This document shows positions 11,575 through 23,119 of a DNA stretch of 34,789 nucleotides, one piece after another (the stretch's first letter is position 1; each line of letters opens with the position of its first letter). The translations under genes and the position numbers were made by a program. The notes under the pieces are model-generated. The model was not told where the DNA came from and did not search any database. It saw nothing but the letters and a program-made list of their open reading frames with translations. Location: positions 17,548,960-17,583,748 of the forward strand of contig NC_069001.1 in assembly GCF_001194135.2 (NCBI RefSeq), read 5' to 3'. The DNA is from Octopus bimaculoides. Taxonomy: Eukaryota.

Positions 11575-12262
11575 TGATTTTCGCCGCACAAGACTAATAT
11601 AAAACAACTATAAAAGCAAAACAATGAAACCAGGCCCTAACTCCAAATGTAGAATGTGTAACCAGCACCATGAGACTGTTGACCACATCATCTTTGGCTG
11701 TCCAGCCCTTGCCAAATCTGAATATATATACAGACTTGACCGAGTAAGTAGTTATATCCACTGGACAATATGCCAACACTACAACATAAAGACCAGCAAG
11801 AAATGGAATAAACATGTACCAAACGAGATACATGACAACGACCAGACCATAATCATTTGGAATATGCCTTGTTCAAACTGGCAAAGAAATAAAAGCTAAT
11901 CGCCTTAGATGATAATCAAGGATTGAGGGAAAAAATACCAGTCACATTGCCGTCCCTTCTGATCAAAATGTTGCCTAAAAAGAAGTGGAAAAGTTGTCAA
12001 ATTACAAACACCTCCAAATTGAAGTATTCAAGATGTGGGGCATGAAGGTGAAAACAATACTAGTAATAATTAGAGCACTGGGCACGATAAAAGAACATAT
12101 GAACAAAAACGTAGAAGCTATATCTGGATCCTCAACACTACACACTATCCAAAAACAGCTCTGCTAGGAACAGCCCCCATCCTACGCAAGACATTATTAA
12201 TCCAATAATACAGGCCCCCTCCATCCCCCCAAAAACAATCCACAAACACAAGACACTTTATA
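11575..12262 (+). mobile_element. 5'-truncated RLE-type non-LTR retrotransposon 3' end (R4/Dong-like), pseudogenised
   Basis: AAQD, the CCHC knuckle CRMCNQHHETVDHIIFGC, an RLE region with K-EK..Y..L..E...MW, IIRALGTI, and the terminal LLGTAPILRK motif across frameshifts. Confidence 0.85.
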
Positions 12263-12264
12263 TA

Positions 12265-12449
12265 TGGTGAGAGAGAGGGAATCAACCCTGTACTATAAGG
12301 CTCATGTCATTAAAAACAGGTTTCTGCATCCAGTGAGTTCTGTGACAGTTGATACTCTAGTATTTTTACGTACCTAGCCGGGTGGCCCAATTCGGTTAGC
12401 TACACCACTGATCATACACTAACTGACTTCAACACAATCCCGAGATCAA
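12265..12449 (-). repeat. Right arm of the perfect 185-bp inverted repeat
   Basis: Exact reverse complement of 10758-10942. Confidence 0.95.
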
Positions 12450-12699
12450 ATAAACAACCAGTACATGTTCTCTACAAGCCGGATACCCAACAGAACACAA
12501 TTCATACAACAAAAGACTGCAACACAGACCCCATAACAAGAAAGGCTGATGCAATGCACTGCCGAGAAGAGTTTGTACCCCTTCCCCAACAACAGAAAAG
12601 AAAACACAATGATTTACACACCTCAGTAACACAGACGTGTGGCAGGCGATACAGTAGAAATTTGCCTGAAACTACTGAATGTTGAATAACAATTGTATT

Positions 12700-12760
12700 G
12701 ATGGTGACGGTGATGACGATAATGATGATGATGATGATGATGATGACGACGACCACGATG
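12700..12760. repeat. (GAT/GAC)n trinucleotide repeat
   Basis: Direct reading. Confidence 0.9.
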
Positions 12761-12885
12761 ATAAACGTTTTCGACGCTAGAAAAAAGAGAGGGTACTCTT
12801 GTTTTCCTTCTGCCAACCATAAGTGGTGGTAACTATGTCTGTACAACATTAACCACGACAGCACGAGTAACTCATGGTGCGAGCG

Positions 12886-12924
<39 letters not shown>

Positions 12925-12994
12925 NNNNNNNNNNNNNNNNNNNNNNNNNNNNNNNNNNNNNNNNNNNNNNNNNNNNNNNNNNNNNNNNNNNNNN

Positions 12995-13029
<35 letters not shown>

Positions 13030-13162
13030 GTCAAACAACTCTCGGTGTAAGCTTTTCCTGATTAACAGAGCAATCGTCCTCGCTCAAGTTTATGCATCAG
13101 GCGGAGCAGGGGCAGCTCTATGTTTGGAGCTGCTCCAGCACAGGGGATTGTCCTAGCACAGG

Positions 13163-13275
13163 GCTGGTTATTTAGTTATCAACCCTGAAATGATGAAATG
13201 TAAAGTCAATCTCAGAAACAAATAAGAGTCAAGGCCAGCATATTTGGGGGAAATGGTGGTCAGTCTCTGTTATCA
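13163..13275 (-). mobile_element. Two rearranged, diverged SINE-A fragments
   Basis: TATCAACCCTGAAATGATGAAATGTAAAGTCAATCTC precedes AAGGCCAGCATATTTGGGG, the reverse of their order in intact copies. Confidence 0.5.
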
Positions 13276-13279
13276 TTCA

Positions 13280-15480
13280 CCACATGTGTGTGATGGACTC
13301 TCCCGTCAGTTTCGACGTATGAAGATCCGACAATTTACACTTTCTTTACCAGTCAAAATGTTTATGTTGATTGTCGCCGGTGGTGATGTGGCTGCCGTCA
13401 TTGGTAATACTGAGCGTGGAGCCGGTAGCTTCATTGGTGCTGCTGGTGGTTGAAGTGGTCGTCATCTCCGGCCGTAGCGCTGGTGTTGGGGTCGTTGACG
13501 TCAGTGCTGGTGTTTCTGCTACTATCGCTGCTGCCGTTGCCGTCGAAGTTGTCGGGTAAGCCGTTGCTGCTATTACTATGGTTACTAGGTCTGGGTACCA
13601 CCGCAGCCTCATAAATGACTCACTCAGCCTTGCATTGGTTCCCCACTGGGCAGTTATTGTGCACCCTGCATGAGCAAGCGGCTCCTCCCCCGTTTTATGG
13701 GTGTTTGCTAATATAATTTTCCTGTTGGATGCGCAATTTAAGGAGATCCTTCGGCTGTGCCAACTGAACAAACGTCCGTTCCTGTGTGTCTGCGTGAGTT
13801 GTTTGTCTACTAACTTGAGGAATATTCTTCCCACACAAATCTTAAATTTTGACGTTGAGTGAGAATGGTGGGGTAAACCAAACGACGTTCCGGTGGCGCT
13901 TCTTTTTGTGAGTGCTAAGGCCCGGCATATAGGAGATGCGGTCTTTAAACCCACTGGATGCCACTGCCACGTTGTAATAGAGAGATGAAGCGTCGAGAAT
14001 TTTGACTTGAAGATAAGTTCGAGATGCTCTTGCTGACACCCTTAACTAAGTTCTTGAACTCGATAAGGGGTGGCAGGAGGCTGTGCTGATGTAGGGCAGC
14101 CTTTCATTTGGTTTGCGGTAGGGCGTGTGTGTACCGGAGCCCAAGTCTCGAGTGACATCTAGGAAGTCTACGGTGGTGAGGTTGGTCTCAATAGTTATTT
14201 TGAGCCTTATGGAGCCCAAGACGCTAATTAGGTACTTTCTAAGCCTATCAAGTGTGTGCCCGTTGGCCCCTCTAGAGATAGCCAGAGCGTCATCCCTGTA
14301 GAGACCGAGATGGACTGAAGGGAACTTCTTCCCTAAGGTGCCCAGGATGTCAATGAGGTCACGTACGTCGGCGATGCCGTAGGCTCCCATCGCCAACATC
14401 GAAGGAACCCTAGGGGTCGGATTGCTTGACCCACGTCAAATCTTTATTAAACAACACCGTGCGCCTGGCGCGTATGATGACATCTTTGTCTTTATCGCTA
14501 ATGTCCGTTAAGCCCTTAGCGACGGAAAGTACCTTGATCAGCAACCCTTTCGATATAGACGGGTAAAAGTCGACTGTGTCGAACTGTGTGAACCTTGCTA
14601 ATGAAGTCATTTCATCCCGTACGTTTTAGCCTCGGAGCGTGGTGTGCCTTTGTTGTAGAGATACGCCTTCCGCCCCAACCACCGTATGAGGTCTATCATT
14701 TTTTATAGCAGCATTTTCGTATAGACCTCGTTGGACTGTGCTGGAATATTCTTTGTAGAGTAACCAATAGCAAAAGGCTTGTCGTCGTTGATCTTCCTTA
14801 GTATATATTTGCTCACCTGACCAATCTCGGATTTGGTAGGATTGATGAAATGGCATTTGGGGTTAGAGGAAAAGTTTGGTTTGTGGTTTTTGATTGTGAT
14901 GAAGGCTCTTCTCTTGGCTAAAATTCTTTCTCTATCGGCTATGCCTAGGCTAACAGCCATCTGTTCGATTTCCCTGTTAATGTTGTTGTAAATGTTCAAG
15001 GAAGCGCGCCTATATTTTTGCTTTATGCAATTGTCTAAAAAGCTATCGTAAGTGTGTGTCTCTATCCTATATATGTCTTCAGTCTTGTCCAAGAAGAGTA
15101 AAGACCCGTCGGAGTTTTTAGTTGTAGTATGTTTGTACGGAGTTTTCGATGAAAAGGGGAAGAAGATTTAGGGAATCTTAGCCTGGAAAAGATGCCCAGT
15201 AAGTCCATTTGGACGTCTTCGAGCTCTTTAAAGCTGGGTGGGAACCTCCTAGATTTCATCCCGTACGTTTTAGCCTCGGAGCGTGGTGTGCCTTTGTTGT
15301 AGAGATACGCCTTCCGCCCCAACCGCCGTATGAGGTCTATCATTTTCTATAGCAGCATTTTCGTATAGACCTCGTTGGACTGTGCTGGAATATTCTTTGT
15401 AGAGTAACCAATATCGTAATGTTCCACGTTGTCCGAGAGTTCGTGGCAATCGTGAATATGCAGAAGCGCGAGGCGTCGGT
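13280..15480 (-). mobile_element. Penelope-like element (Naiad-like): RT plus C-terminal GIY-YIG endonuclease, pseudogenised
   Basis: N-terminal IGYSTKNIP; INPTKSEIG; FTQFDTVDFYPSI; MGAY; GLYRDD; VDFLDVT; PYRKPN; SCHP; VVWFTPPFS; and CSCRVHNNCPVGNQC-(KAE*)-VIYEAAV, with several stops and frameshifts. Confidence 0.88.
14609..15413 (-). repeat. 161-bp direct repeat inside the PLE (14609-14769 and 15253-15413)
   Basis: The copies differ at only 2 positions. Confidence 0.95.
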
Positions 15481-15489
15481 ACTTAGATA

Positions 15490-15497
15490 TTGTGTGA

Positions 15498-15535
<38 letters not shown>
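15490..15535. repeat. (TG)n microsatellite
   Basis: Direct reading. Confidence 0.9.
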
Positions 15536-15562
15536 ATACATTGTTTAAGCTCGCTTTCTTTG

Positions 15563-15778
15563 CCTTCAAATTTTGGCACAGGGCTATTAATTTCGTGGCC
15601 ATTAATTTCGTAAGTCGATTACATCGACCTCAGTGCTCAAGTAGTGCTTATTTTATCGATTTTGAAATGATGAAAGGCAAAGTTGACACCGAAGGAATTT
15701 GAACTTAAAACGTAAAGTCGGAAGAAATGAGGCTAAATGTTTTGTTCGGCGCTGTAACGGTTCTTCCAGCTCACCGGA
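15563..15778 (-). mobile_element. SINE family A copy
   Basis: Contains AAGTCGATTACATCGACCTCAGT...ATGAAAGGCAAAGTTGACACC...GAATTTGAACTTAAAACGT. Confidence 0.85.
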
Positions 15779-16399
15779 TTTGTTGTGTATTTAATATTGC
15801 CTCTTGATGAAGAGAAATTTCTTAACCTCTCACTGTACACTCACTTATCCAGTTCAAATTACTATCACCAGCTTGGGCACAAACTTTCAAATTGGGTGAG
15901 TTAACGCCAGATATTTATTCAGGGACTAACTGCAGAAAAAGACGCAGAAGTAAAAACATGAATTCCCACTATGCTGAAACAATACTAAGCTGTAACCTTA
16001 CAACAAGTGTCAGAAGAGTGTGAAAGAATAGTAAATATAAGACACAACGCAGAGAAAATGGAACATAAAGATTGCTTCCAAGTAAAACAAGTGCATCGCA
16101 AAATACAAAACAGGCAGAATAGAAATTAAGTGTGTACTAAAATACAGTACAAACAGGACACAAGTCAGGAAACAAACCCATGTTTTGCATGTGGAGGTAT
16201 ATACCTGAGGAAAAATTGCCCATTTAATAAACCGGAATACTTCCGTTGTGGAAAAAGTGGACACGTAAAAGCGCTCAGTAAAACTAAGATGACGAAACGT
16301 TGGAACAAAGAAAAAAGAATAAACAAGATGTTGTTGACAGAAAATGGTAATGTGAGAAAAAGGAAATTCATAAATGTGAAAATTGAAAATATAAGATTA

Positions 16400-19060
16400 A
16401 AAATGTAGTTAGATTCTGGAAGTGATATTACCATTGTGAATAAAGAAACTTGGAAGCATATCGGTAAGCCGAAATTCAGTAAATCTACAAAAATAGTACA
16501 CGGTGTTACGGGTAAAAGATTGTATTTTGTCGGTGAATTTGTGTGTAATGGAACATTTCGTGACCAAATGAAAAAGGAAAAAATTAAGTGTTAAAAAGTT
16601 CAGTTAATCTATTCAGCACAGAGTGGGTGGAATTGTTCGAATTGGGGAATAAGCCATGAGTGTTTTGTGTGGGAATATAGTCGATACAGTCGAAGGTTCG
16701 AATGCGGCTGAGGGATTGAAGCGAAAAATAAAACATTTATTCCCAGATGTTTTCTCGAATGAACTGAGCAGCTGCATGAAAACGAAGGCAAAAATTGTAG
16801 TGAAGCATAGTGCAACACCTGTATTTAAGCCAAAACGTAATGTTTGTGGCACTAGAACAGGTAAATAAGGAACTTGAAAGACTTGAAAGCCTAGGAATAA
16901 TCGAAAAGATGGGCTACTTAGATTGGGCAGCACCTATGTTCTGCGTAGAAAAGAAAAATAATAAGTTAGAAGTCTGTGCAGGTTTTTCAACGGGGTTGAA
17001 TGATTGCTTAATCTCACATAACTATCCATTGCCGAGTCCTGAGGAAGCGTTCGCAAAATTGAAAGGAGGGAAATTCTTCTCAAAATTAGACCTCTCGCAG
17101 GCATATTTACAATTCCAAGTGGAGGAAGAATGCTCACACTCATTAATCATTAATGCACACCGTGGCTTATTTAAATTTAAGCGGTTTCCCTTCGGTGTAA
17201 AAGTGGCTTCTTCCATATTTCAGCAAGTAATGGGTACAATGCTGGGTGACTGTGATTTTGCTATCGCCTATTTAGATAATATCCTAATAAAAAGCGAATC
17301 ACATGAACAACATGGAGAACACGTAAAAAGACTATTCGAAAAGATAGGAGAATACGGTTTCAATTTAAGTGAAGTAAAATGTGAGTTGTTTAGATAAAAA
17401 CGGATGTAAACCAGATCCATCCAGAGCAACTGCGATAAAGAAAATATGCCCACGCTGAATAATGTGACTACGCTACAACCATAAATTACTATCAAATTCA
17501 TATTCCCAATATATACAATGTAAGAGCCCTACTAAATGATTAGTTAAAGAAAAATGCAAAATGGTGCTGAACTGATAAGTGCCAGAAGGTATTTGACAAA
17601 TTAAAAATCATTTTAACATCGCACTTATCGTTAACGCATTTTGATCCAAAGTTGGATATTATATTGGCTACAAATGCGAGTGATTACGGTGTAGGAGCAG
17701 TGTTCCTGCACAAATATGACGATGGGAGTAAACAGGCTATAGCCCATGCGTCACGATCGTTATTACCAGCTGAAAGGAACTATAGCCAGATAGAAAAGGA
17801 AGCATTAACAATCATATTCGGTGTGAAAAAATTCCATAGATTTATTCGTGGAAGAAGTTTTTGTCTACAAACGGATCATCGCCCGCTACTGTCAATATGC
17901 GGTCCTAAAAAAGAAATACCAACACACACAGTCAATAGACTACAGCGATTGGGCACTACATTATTGAATTATGATTACAAAATGGAATATTTACCGTCAA
18001 AAAACTAGAGCATACGGATAGTTTATTCAGATTGATACCGAAACACGGCGAGCCATTCGAAGATACAGTAATCGCAGCATCAGAAGGAGAAATAAAAAAT
18101 GTAATGTGGAATGTGGTACGCGAATTACTGGTGATCCTTGAAGACATAAAACGAAATGCGGAAAAGGACAAATTCATAACAGAAATGAAAAGAATACTGT
18201 GGACAGGAAAAGTAAATAGGAACAGGATTGGTGTGAAACGAAACCAAGACGTAAACCTATACTCAATTTGTGATGGTGTATTGATGTATGCAGAGAGAGA
18301 AGTAATACCTGAAGCATTGCAAAAGAAAATGTTAAGAGAATTCCATGCTGGACATCTTGGTATTTCGAGGATGAAAGCTTTAATGTGTAGCTATGTGAAC
18401 TGGCCAAAAATGGATAGAGAAATCGAAAATTTAGTGAAAGGCTGCAGAGGATATGCTCTAGCAACAAAATTGCTGACGATATAAAGTGAACCTTGGCGAA
18501 AAGTAGATGTGTCATGGTCAAGACTACACATCGATCTCGCTGGTCCCTTAAACAGTTCATACTACTTAGTGTTAGTAGATAGTTTCTCTAAATGGCCAGA
18601 AATTTGTAAGTGTCAAAAGCCAACTTCCTCAACTGTAAGAAACTTACTACGAGCTGTTTGCGAGATTTGGCGTTCCAGACGCGTTCGTGTCTGACAATGG
18701 AACGCAATTTTTGTCTTTTGAATTTAAAAAGTTTTGTAAAGCGTTCGCTGTAGAACATGTAACTACGGTGCCATACCATCTCAGATCTAATGGACAAGCA
18801 GAACGCTTTGTCGATACGTTCAAGAGAATCCTAAGAAAGTCGAATAAGGAAGTCATGGATGAGGTAGATCTACAAAAATTCTTTAGAGTATACCGTGTGA
18901 CACCAAAACCAAATATACCAGCACGTATGTCACCAGCGGAGCTGATGTTTGCGAGGAAAATAAAATCAGTCTTCAACAAATTACTACCTGGTCAGAAAAG
19001 ACAAATTGCAATGGATAATACAGCAAGATATTTCAGAATTGGTGAAAATGTATTTGTTAG
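16400..19060 (+). pseudogene. Gypsy pol pseudogene (PR-RT-RNase H-integrase)
   Basis: ORF pieces 16810-17397, 17652-18008, 18032-18484, 18509-18694 and 18687-19271, with stops and frameshifts. Catalytic-site changes YLDD>YLDN and TDAS>TNAS. Confidence 0.92.
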
Positions 19061-19466
19061 GACTTATAAGAACGGAAAACAGAGTTGGGAAGACGGCGTA
19101 ATTACCAAACGCATAGAAAAAAATGCTATACTTGGTAAAAAGAAGAAAAGGGCTATACAAGAGACACATGAACCAACTAAAAAATATTTGTTGAGAGTGA
19201 ACCCAAGAGAATGGAAGAACCAATGGAATGGTTATATGATACTTTTCAAGTACCAATACCACCACAAGTAATTGAACCCCGGCGCACAAGTGAAAGAAAA
19301 AGAAAACTCCTGGAAGTAGATGCCAAACGAAAAAAATCAATTAAATGTGTAACTGTATAAACAGATAAAACTAAAACAAATGGAGGTAGGGTGGTGTAAA
19401 AGTTATTACTAATAGAAGAAATAATATTACACTCCTTAAGAAAAAAAGAAAAACTTAAAGGGGAGA

Positions 19467-19630
19467 TGTTATAAGGATAATAGTAATAATGGAACACCCC
19501 TCTCACGTGACATGTGGTATGTGCTAGTCAGTACAAATACTGTGACATAGGAAGTCGGGAGTGTCAGTCGAGTAGCCGATCATAGCGATCATAACTAAAC
19601 ATACTGCTATACGGAGTGCGCGTGATAACA
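19467..19630 (+). repeat. 3' LTR (164 bp) preceded by a polypurine tract
   Basis: TGTTAT...ATAACA inverted termini, immediately after AAAGGGGAGA (19457-19466). Confidence 0.75.
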
Positions 19631-19712
19631 GTCCAACAGAGGATAAGAACAATGTTTACACGAACTGAGGAATCACGTGCAAAGCAAAAGAGGATAAAGT
19701 GCAAGATATATA

Positions 19713-19907
19713 CGAAAAGTTTCTGGTTTTAAGTGTATCGGGAAAGGTCAGGCTGGAGGCCCAAACTTCCGAGTTCTTTTATAGGGTTTAAAATTGCAGG
19801 ACTGCTGCAGTAAGTGTGTGAATTCGAGAGGGGAATATGTTGGATAATTAACTGATCTTCCTGTATTTTCTTCTACCGAAAGCCAGAAACTTTTCAGCAC
19901 CATCTCG
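19713..19907. mobile_element. Tc1/mariner-type MITE with TA flanks
   Basis: Left TA|CG-AAAAGTTTCTGGTTTT pairs with right AAAGCCAGAAACTTTTCAGCACCATCTCG|TA. The left TIR lacks about 10 bp relative to the right. Confidence 0.65.
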
Positions 19908-20817
19908 TAATGCAAAAATACCCAGCGGACTGCGATATAAATAAAGTATGAAAATTTATTCTCTCTGTGCGGCCCGTGACGGTTAGGGACCTCTGCTCTA
20001 AAGGATCTGACAAACGACGAGAACATTGTCTGCACAAAGCTGATTATGACAGTCTTTGGTTGTTATGTGCAATATAATAACAGCAAATCGGTTAAATTAG
20101 AAAAACGACATGTAATTAAATATTAAACTGGATAAACTAATGCTGCAAATTGGAGATATTTCATGCCAATAAACACGGAGGTTTTTGCTCATCAAATATT
20201 CATGTGACTATACAGATTTACAAACAGAATTTTNNNNNNNNNNNNNNNNNNNNNNNNNNNNNNNNNNNNNNNNNNNNNNNNNNNNNNNNNNNNNNNNNNN
20301 NNNNNNNNNNNNNNNNNNNNNNNNNNNNNNNNNNNNNNNNNNNNNNNNNNNNNNNNNNNNNNNNNNNNNNNNNNNNNNNNNNNNNNNNNNNNNNNNNNNN
20401 NNNNNNNNNNNNNNNNNNNNNNNNNNNNNNNNNNNNNNNNNNNNNNNNNNNNNNNNNNNNNNNNNNNNNNNNNNNNNNNNNNNNNNNNNNNNNNNNNNNN
20501 NNNNNNNNNNNNNNNNNNNNNNNNNNNNNNNNNNNNNNNNNNNNNNNNNNNNNNNNNNNNNNNNNNNNNNNNNNNNNNNNNNNNNNNNNNNNNNNNNNNN
20601 NNNNNNNNNNNNNNNNNNNNNNNNNNNNNNNNNNNNNNNNNNNNNNNNNNNNNNNNNNNNNNNNNNNNNNNNNNNNNNNNNNNNNNNNNNNNNNNNNNNN
20701 NNNNNNNNNNNNNNNNNNNNNNNNNNNNNNNNNNNNNNNNNNNNNNNNNNNNNNNNNNNNNNNNNNNNNNNNNNNNNTATATATATATATATATATATAG
20801 ACACATACATACATACA

Positions 20818-21695
20818 TACAAGGTGCGATGAATAAATTGTCGCCATTTTATGTTTTTTTTATTTCGCGCATGCGCCTTGTTAGTTTTTGAATTTGTCCA
20901 CTACACAGTATAGCAGGGTCAGTTGAGCACTTTTTGTAAGAAAAACGCCACCATGACGTAATTCGCTCTGCCAGAAAATTGGAAACGACTTGCTGTACTG
21001 CTTGGTATTCGTACTGGAAGCTCCAATCTGAACATTTCAGAGTGTTTGGGTGTTAATTTGAGGACAGTGCAGAGAATTCGGAAAGAGTTGGATGAGTCTA
21101 ATCCTGATTACGAAGGTACGGCAGCTCGGAGAACTCACCCAGATCGTTCTAAAATAAGAACTCCTGAATTAGTTGGTGAGACCCAGGCCAAATCAATCAG
21201 GTCCATCGCCAGGGACATGGGAGTGTCTGAGTTTCTTATTAGGCAGGTAGTGCATGAAGACATTCGATATTCTCATACAAGATGAGGAAGGACAAATTTT
21301 TATCCTAAGCCATGAAGGACAAGATGAAAGACAGCGCTACGAAGCTTTTGAGCAAACTCAAACATCCCCTCCAACCAAACACGCTATGGTTTTTCTCAGA
21401 CAAGAAAAATTTCTGCCACGATCAGATGGTGAAAATAGAATAACCGCAGGCTTGCCTTGTCCCCCAAACATGTACTTAGAGTGATAAAAATCTAACATCC
21501 AGTCAATATCAGGGTGGTTGGCGTGATCACTTGTGATGGCGACGCTATGCCTCCATTCATCTTCCTACTTAGCCTCAAATGCAACATGGAGACCTACATC
21601 AAATGCCTGGAGGAGGTAGTGCTGCCCTATGTCAAGTGAGTAGCTGCTTGTAACACCAACGATGAATTGAAGGCAAGGGTTATGGCAGCATTCAC
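20818..21695 (+). mobile_element. Tc1/mariner DD37D (maT-like) transposon remnant, copy 1
   Basis: HTH region LGVNLRTVQRIRKEL / SIRSIARDMGVSE, WFFSD, VVGVITCDG.AMPPFIF, YIKCLEEVVLP. It jumps directly to ACNTNDELKAR, so the second and third Asp region is deleted. Confidence 0.85.
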
Positions 21696-21714
21696 CAAAT
21701 ACAGACACAAAGAC

Positions 21715-21753
21715 ACATGCACATAAATATACATACATACACATATACACACG

Positions 21754-21785
<32 letters not shown>

Positions 21786-21816
21786 TACACACACGCACGC
21801 ATACACATATATATAC
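21715..21816. repeat. (CA)n/(CATA)n microsatellite
   Basis: Direct reading. Confidence 0.9.
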
Positions 21817-21959
21817 AGGCTGTAGTGAATATATTGTTGTCTAAATTATGCAAAAATGAAAATAACACTCATTTTAACTCATCTCTTTTTAACAGATGTA
21901 TATACCAAAATTACATAAAAATATCTTGAAAAGCTAAAGAGTAAATTGATTCAACTCTT

Positions 21960-22552
21960 CTGGACAGTCTCTTTGTTTAATGCTGCCATAATCCTTGCCT
22001 TCAGTTCATCTTTGGTGTTACAAGAAATTTTCTTGGTCTCTTACTCAACTACGCCCCACACATAATAATCAAGGGGTTTGCAGCTTGGGGAGTTAGGTGG
22101 CCAGATGTTATGGATGATGTGGTCGCAGAAATAATCTGACAGCCATAACTGGGTTCTCCTGCTTGTGCAGCATGGTGCAGAGTCCTGTTGCCAGACATAG
22201 GGTCTTCCAGCAGCCACCCTCTCGACCCAGGGCAGCACTATCTCCTCCAGGCACTTGATGTAGGCCTCCGTGTTGAGTCTGAGGCCATGTGGGAGACATG
22301 ACGTCGCAATCACTAGTGATCACTCCAAACACCATAATATTGACTGGATGTTTATCACTCTCAATACATGTTTTAGGAACAGCGCAAGTCAACGATTGTT
22401 CTCTGTATTCAAGATCTGTTCGTATGAGCTTCCGGCGTGAATGCCATGCAGTACAGCATGACGTTTACAATTTTCTTGCGTCATGGTGCTGTTTTTTCTC
22501 AGACGGTGCCCAACTGACCCTACAATACTGTGTAGTCGACAAAATAAAAAAC
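21960..22552 (-). mobile_element. Tc1/mariner DD37D (maT-like) remnant, copy 2
   Basis: WQQDSAP...WPPNSPSCKPLDYYVW has 37 residues between the two Asp. Its 5' leader matches copy 1 (20897-21020); the HTH and first-Asp region are deleted. Confidence 0.88.
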
Positions 22553-22572
22553 AAAAAATGTGTATATGTATG

Positions 22573-22622
<50 letters not shown>

Positions 22623-22949
22623 TACACTTCATTCACAATATAAGGATTTAACCAAGCCGGTGATGCTCATAAAAAAAAGCTCCTTTAATGGATCAGACTT
22701 GAAACCACATAGTAAACCAAAACAGAACAAATAGATGTAATGTATAGTCTGATGCAGTTGAAATCCAATAAATCCAATTAGTAATGATTATTTCATTAAG
22801 AGTGGGAAAATGACTTATTATTTATTTATTATAGACTAAAATGAATTGTTTTTATACGATAATATGATAAAGACTGCGAAACTATTGTTAGTATATGGAT
22901 GTCAATTAGAGAAATATATATTTTCATCTTATACCTACTCTTTTTCTAT

Positions 22950-22991
22950 ATACACACACACAAACACTCTCTCTCTCTCACACACACACAG

Positions 22992-23068
<77 letters not shown>

Positions 23069-23119
23069 TACAATTTATATAAGTATGTATGTATATATAT
23101 TTATATTATATATTATATA
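22950..23119. repeat. (CA)/(CT)/(GATA)n microsatellite cluster
   Basis: Direct reading. Confidence 0.9.

Larger units (their letters stand above)
15865..19630 (+). mobile_element. Ty3/Gypsy LTR retrotransposon (Mag-like), 5'-truncated and pseudogenised
   Basis: Order gag-PR-RT-RH-IN. Gag remnant with two degenerate knuckles (CFACGGIYLRKNC, YFRCGKSGH); protease LDSGSD; RT WAAPM/LDLSQAYLQ/YLDN; RNase H LATNASDYGVGAV; integrase HAGHLG, HIDLAGP, DNGTQF, SNGQAERFV; then PPT and LTR. Confidence 0.95.

Noticed and set aside
12353-12686. Stop-free stretch of about 110 codons starting inside the right inverted-repeat arm
   Set aside because: No early Met, no recognisable domain and no donor site; an A/C-rich composition explains the lack of stops.
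13346-13954. 202-aa minus-strand ORF as a host mucin-like gene
   Set aside because: It lies inside the Penelope element and is a frameshifted read of the RT-EN linker and the low-complexity insert.
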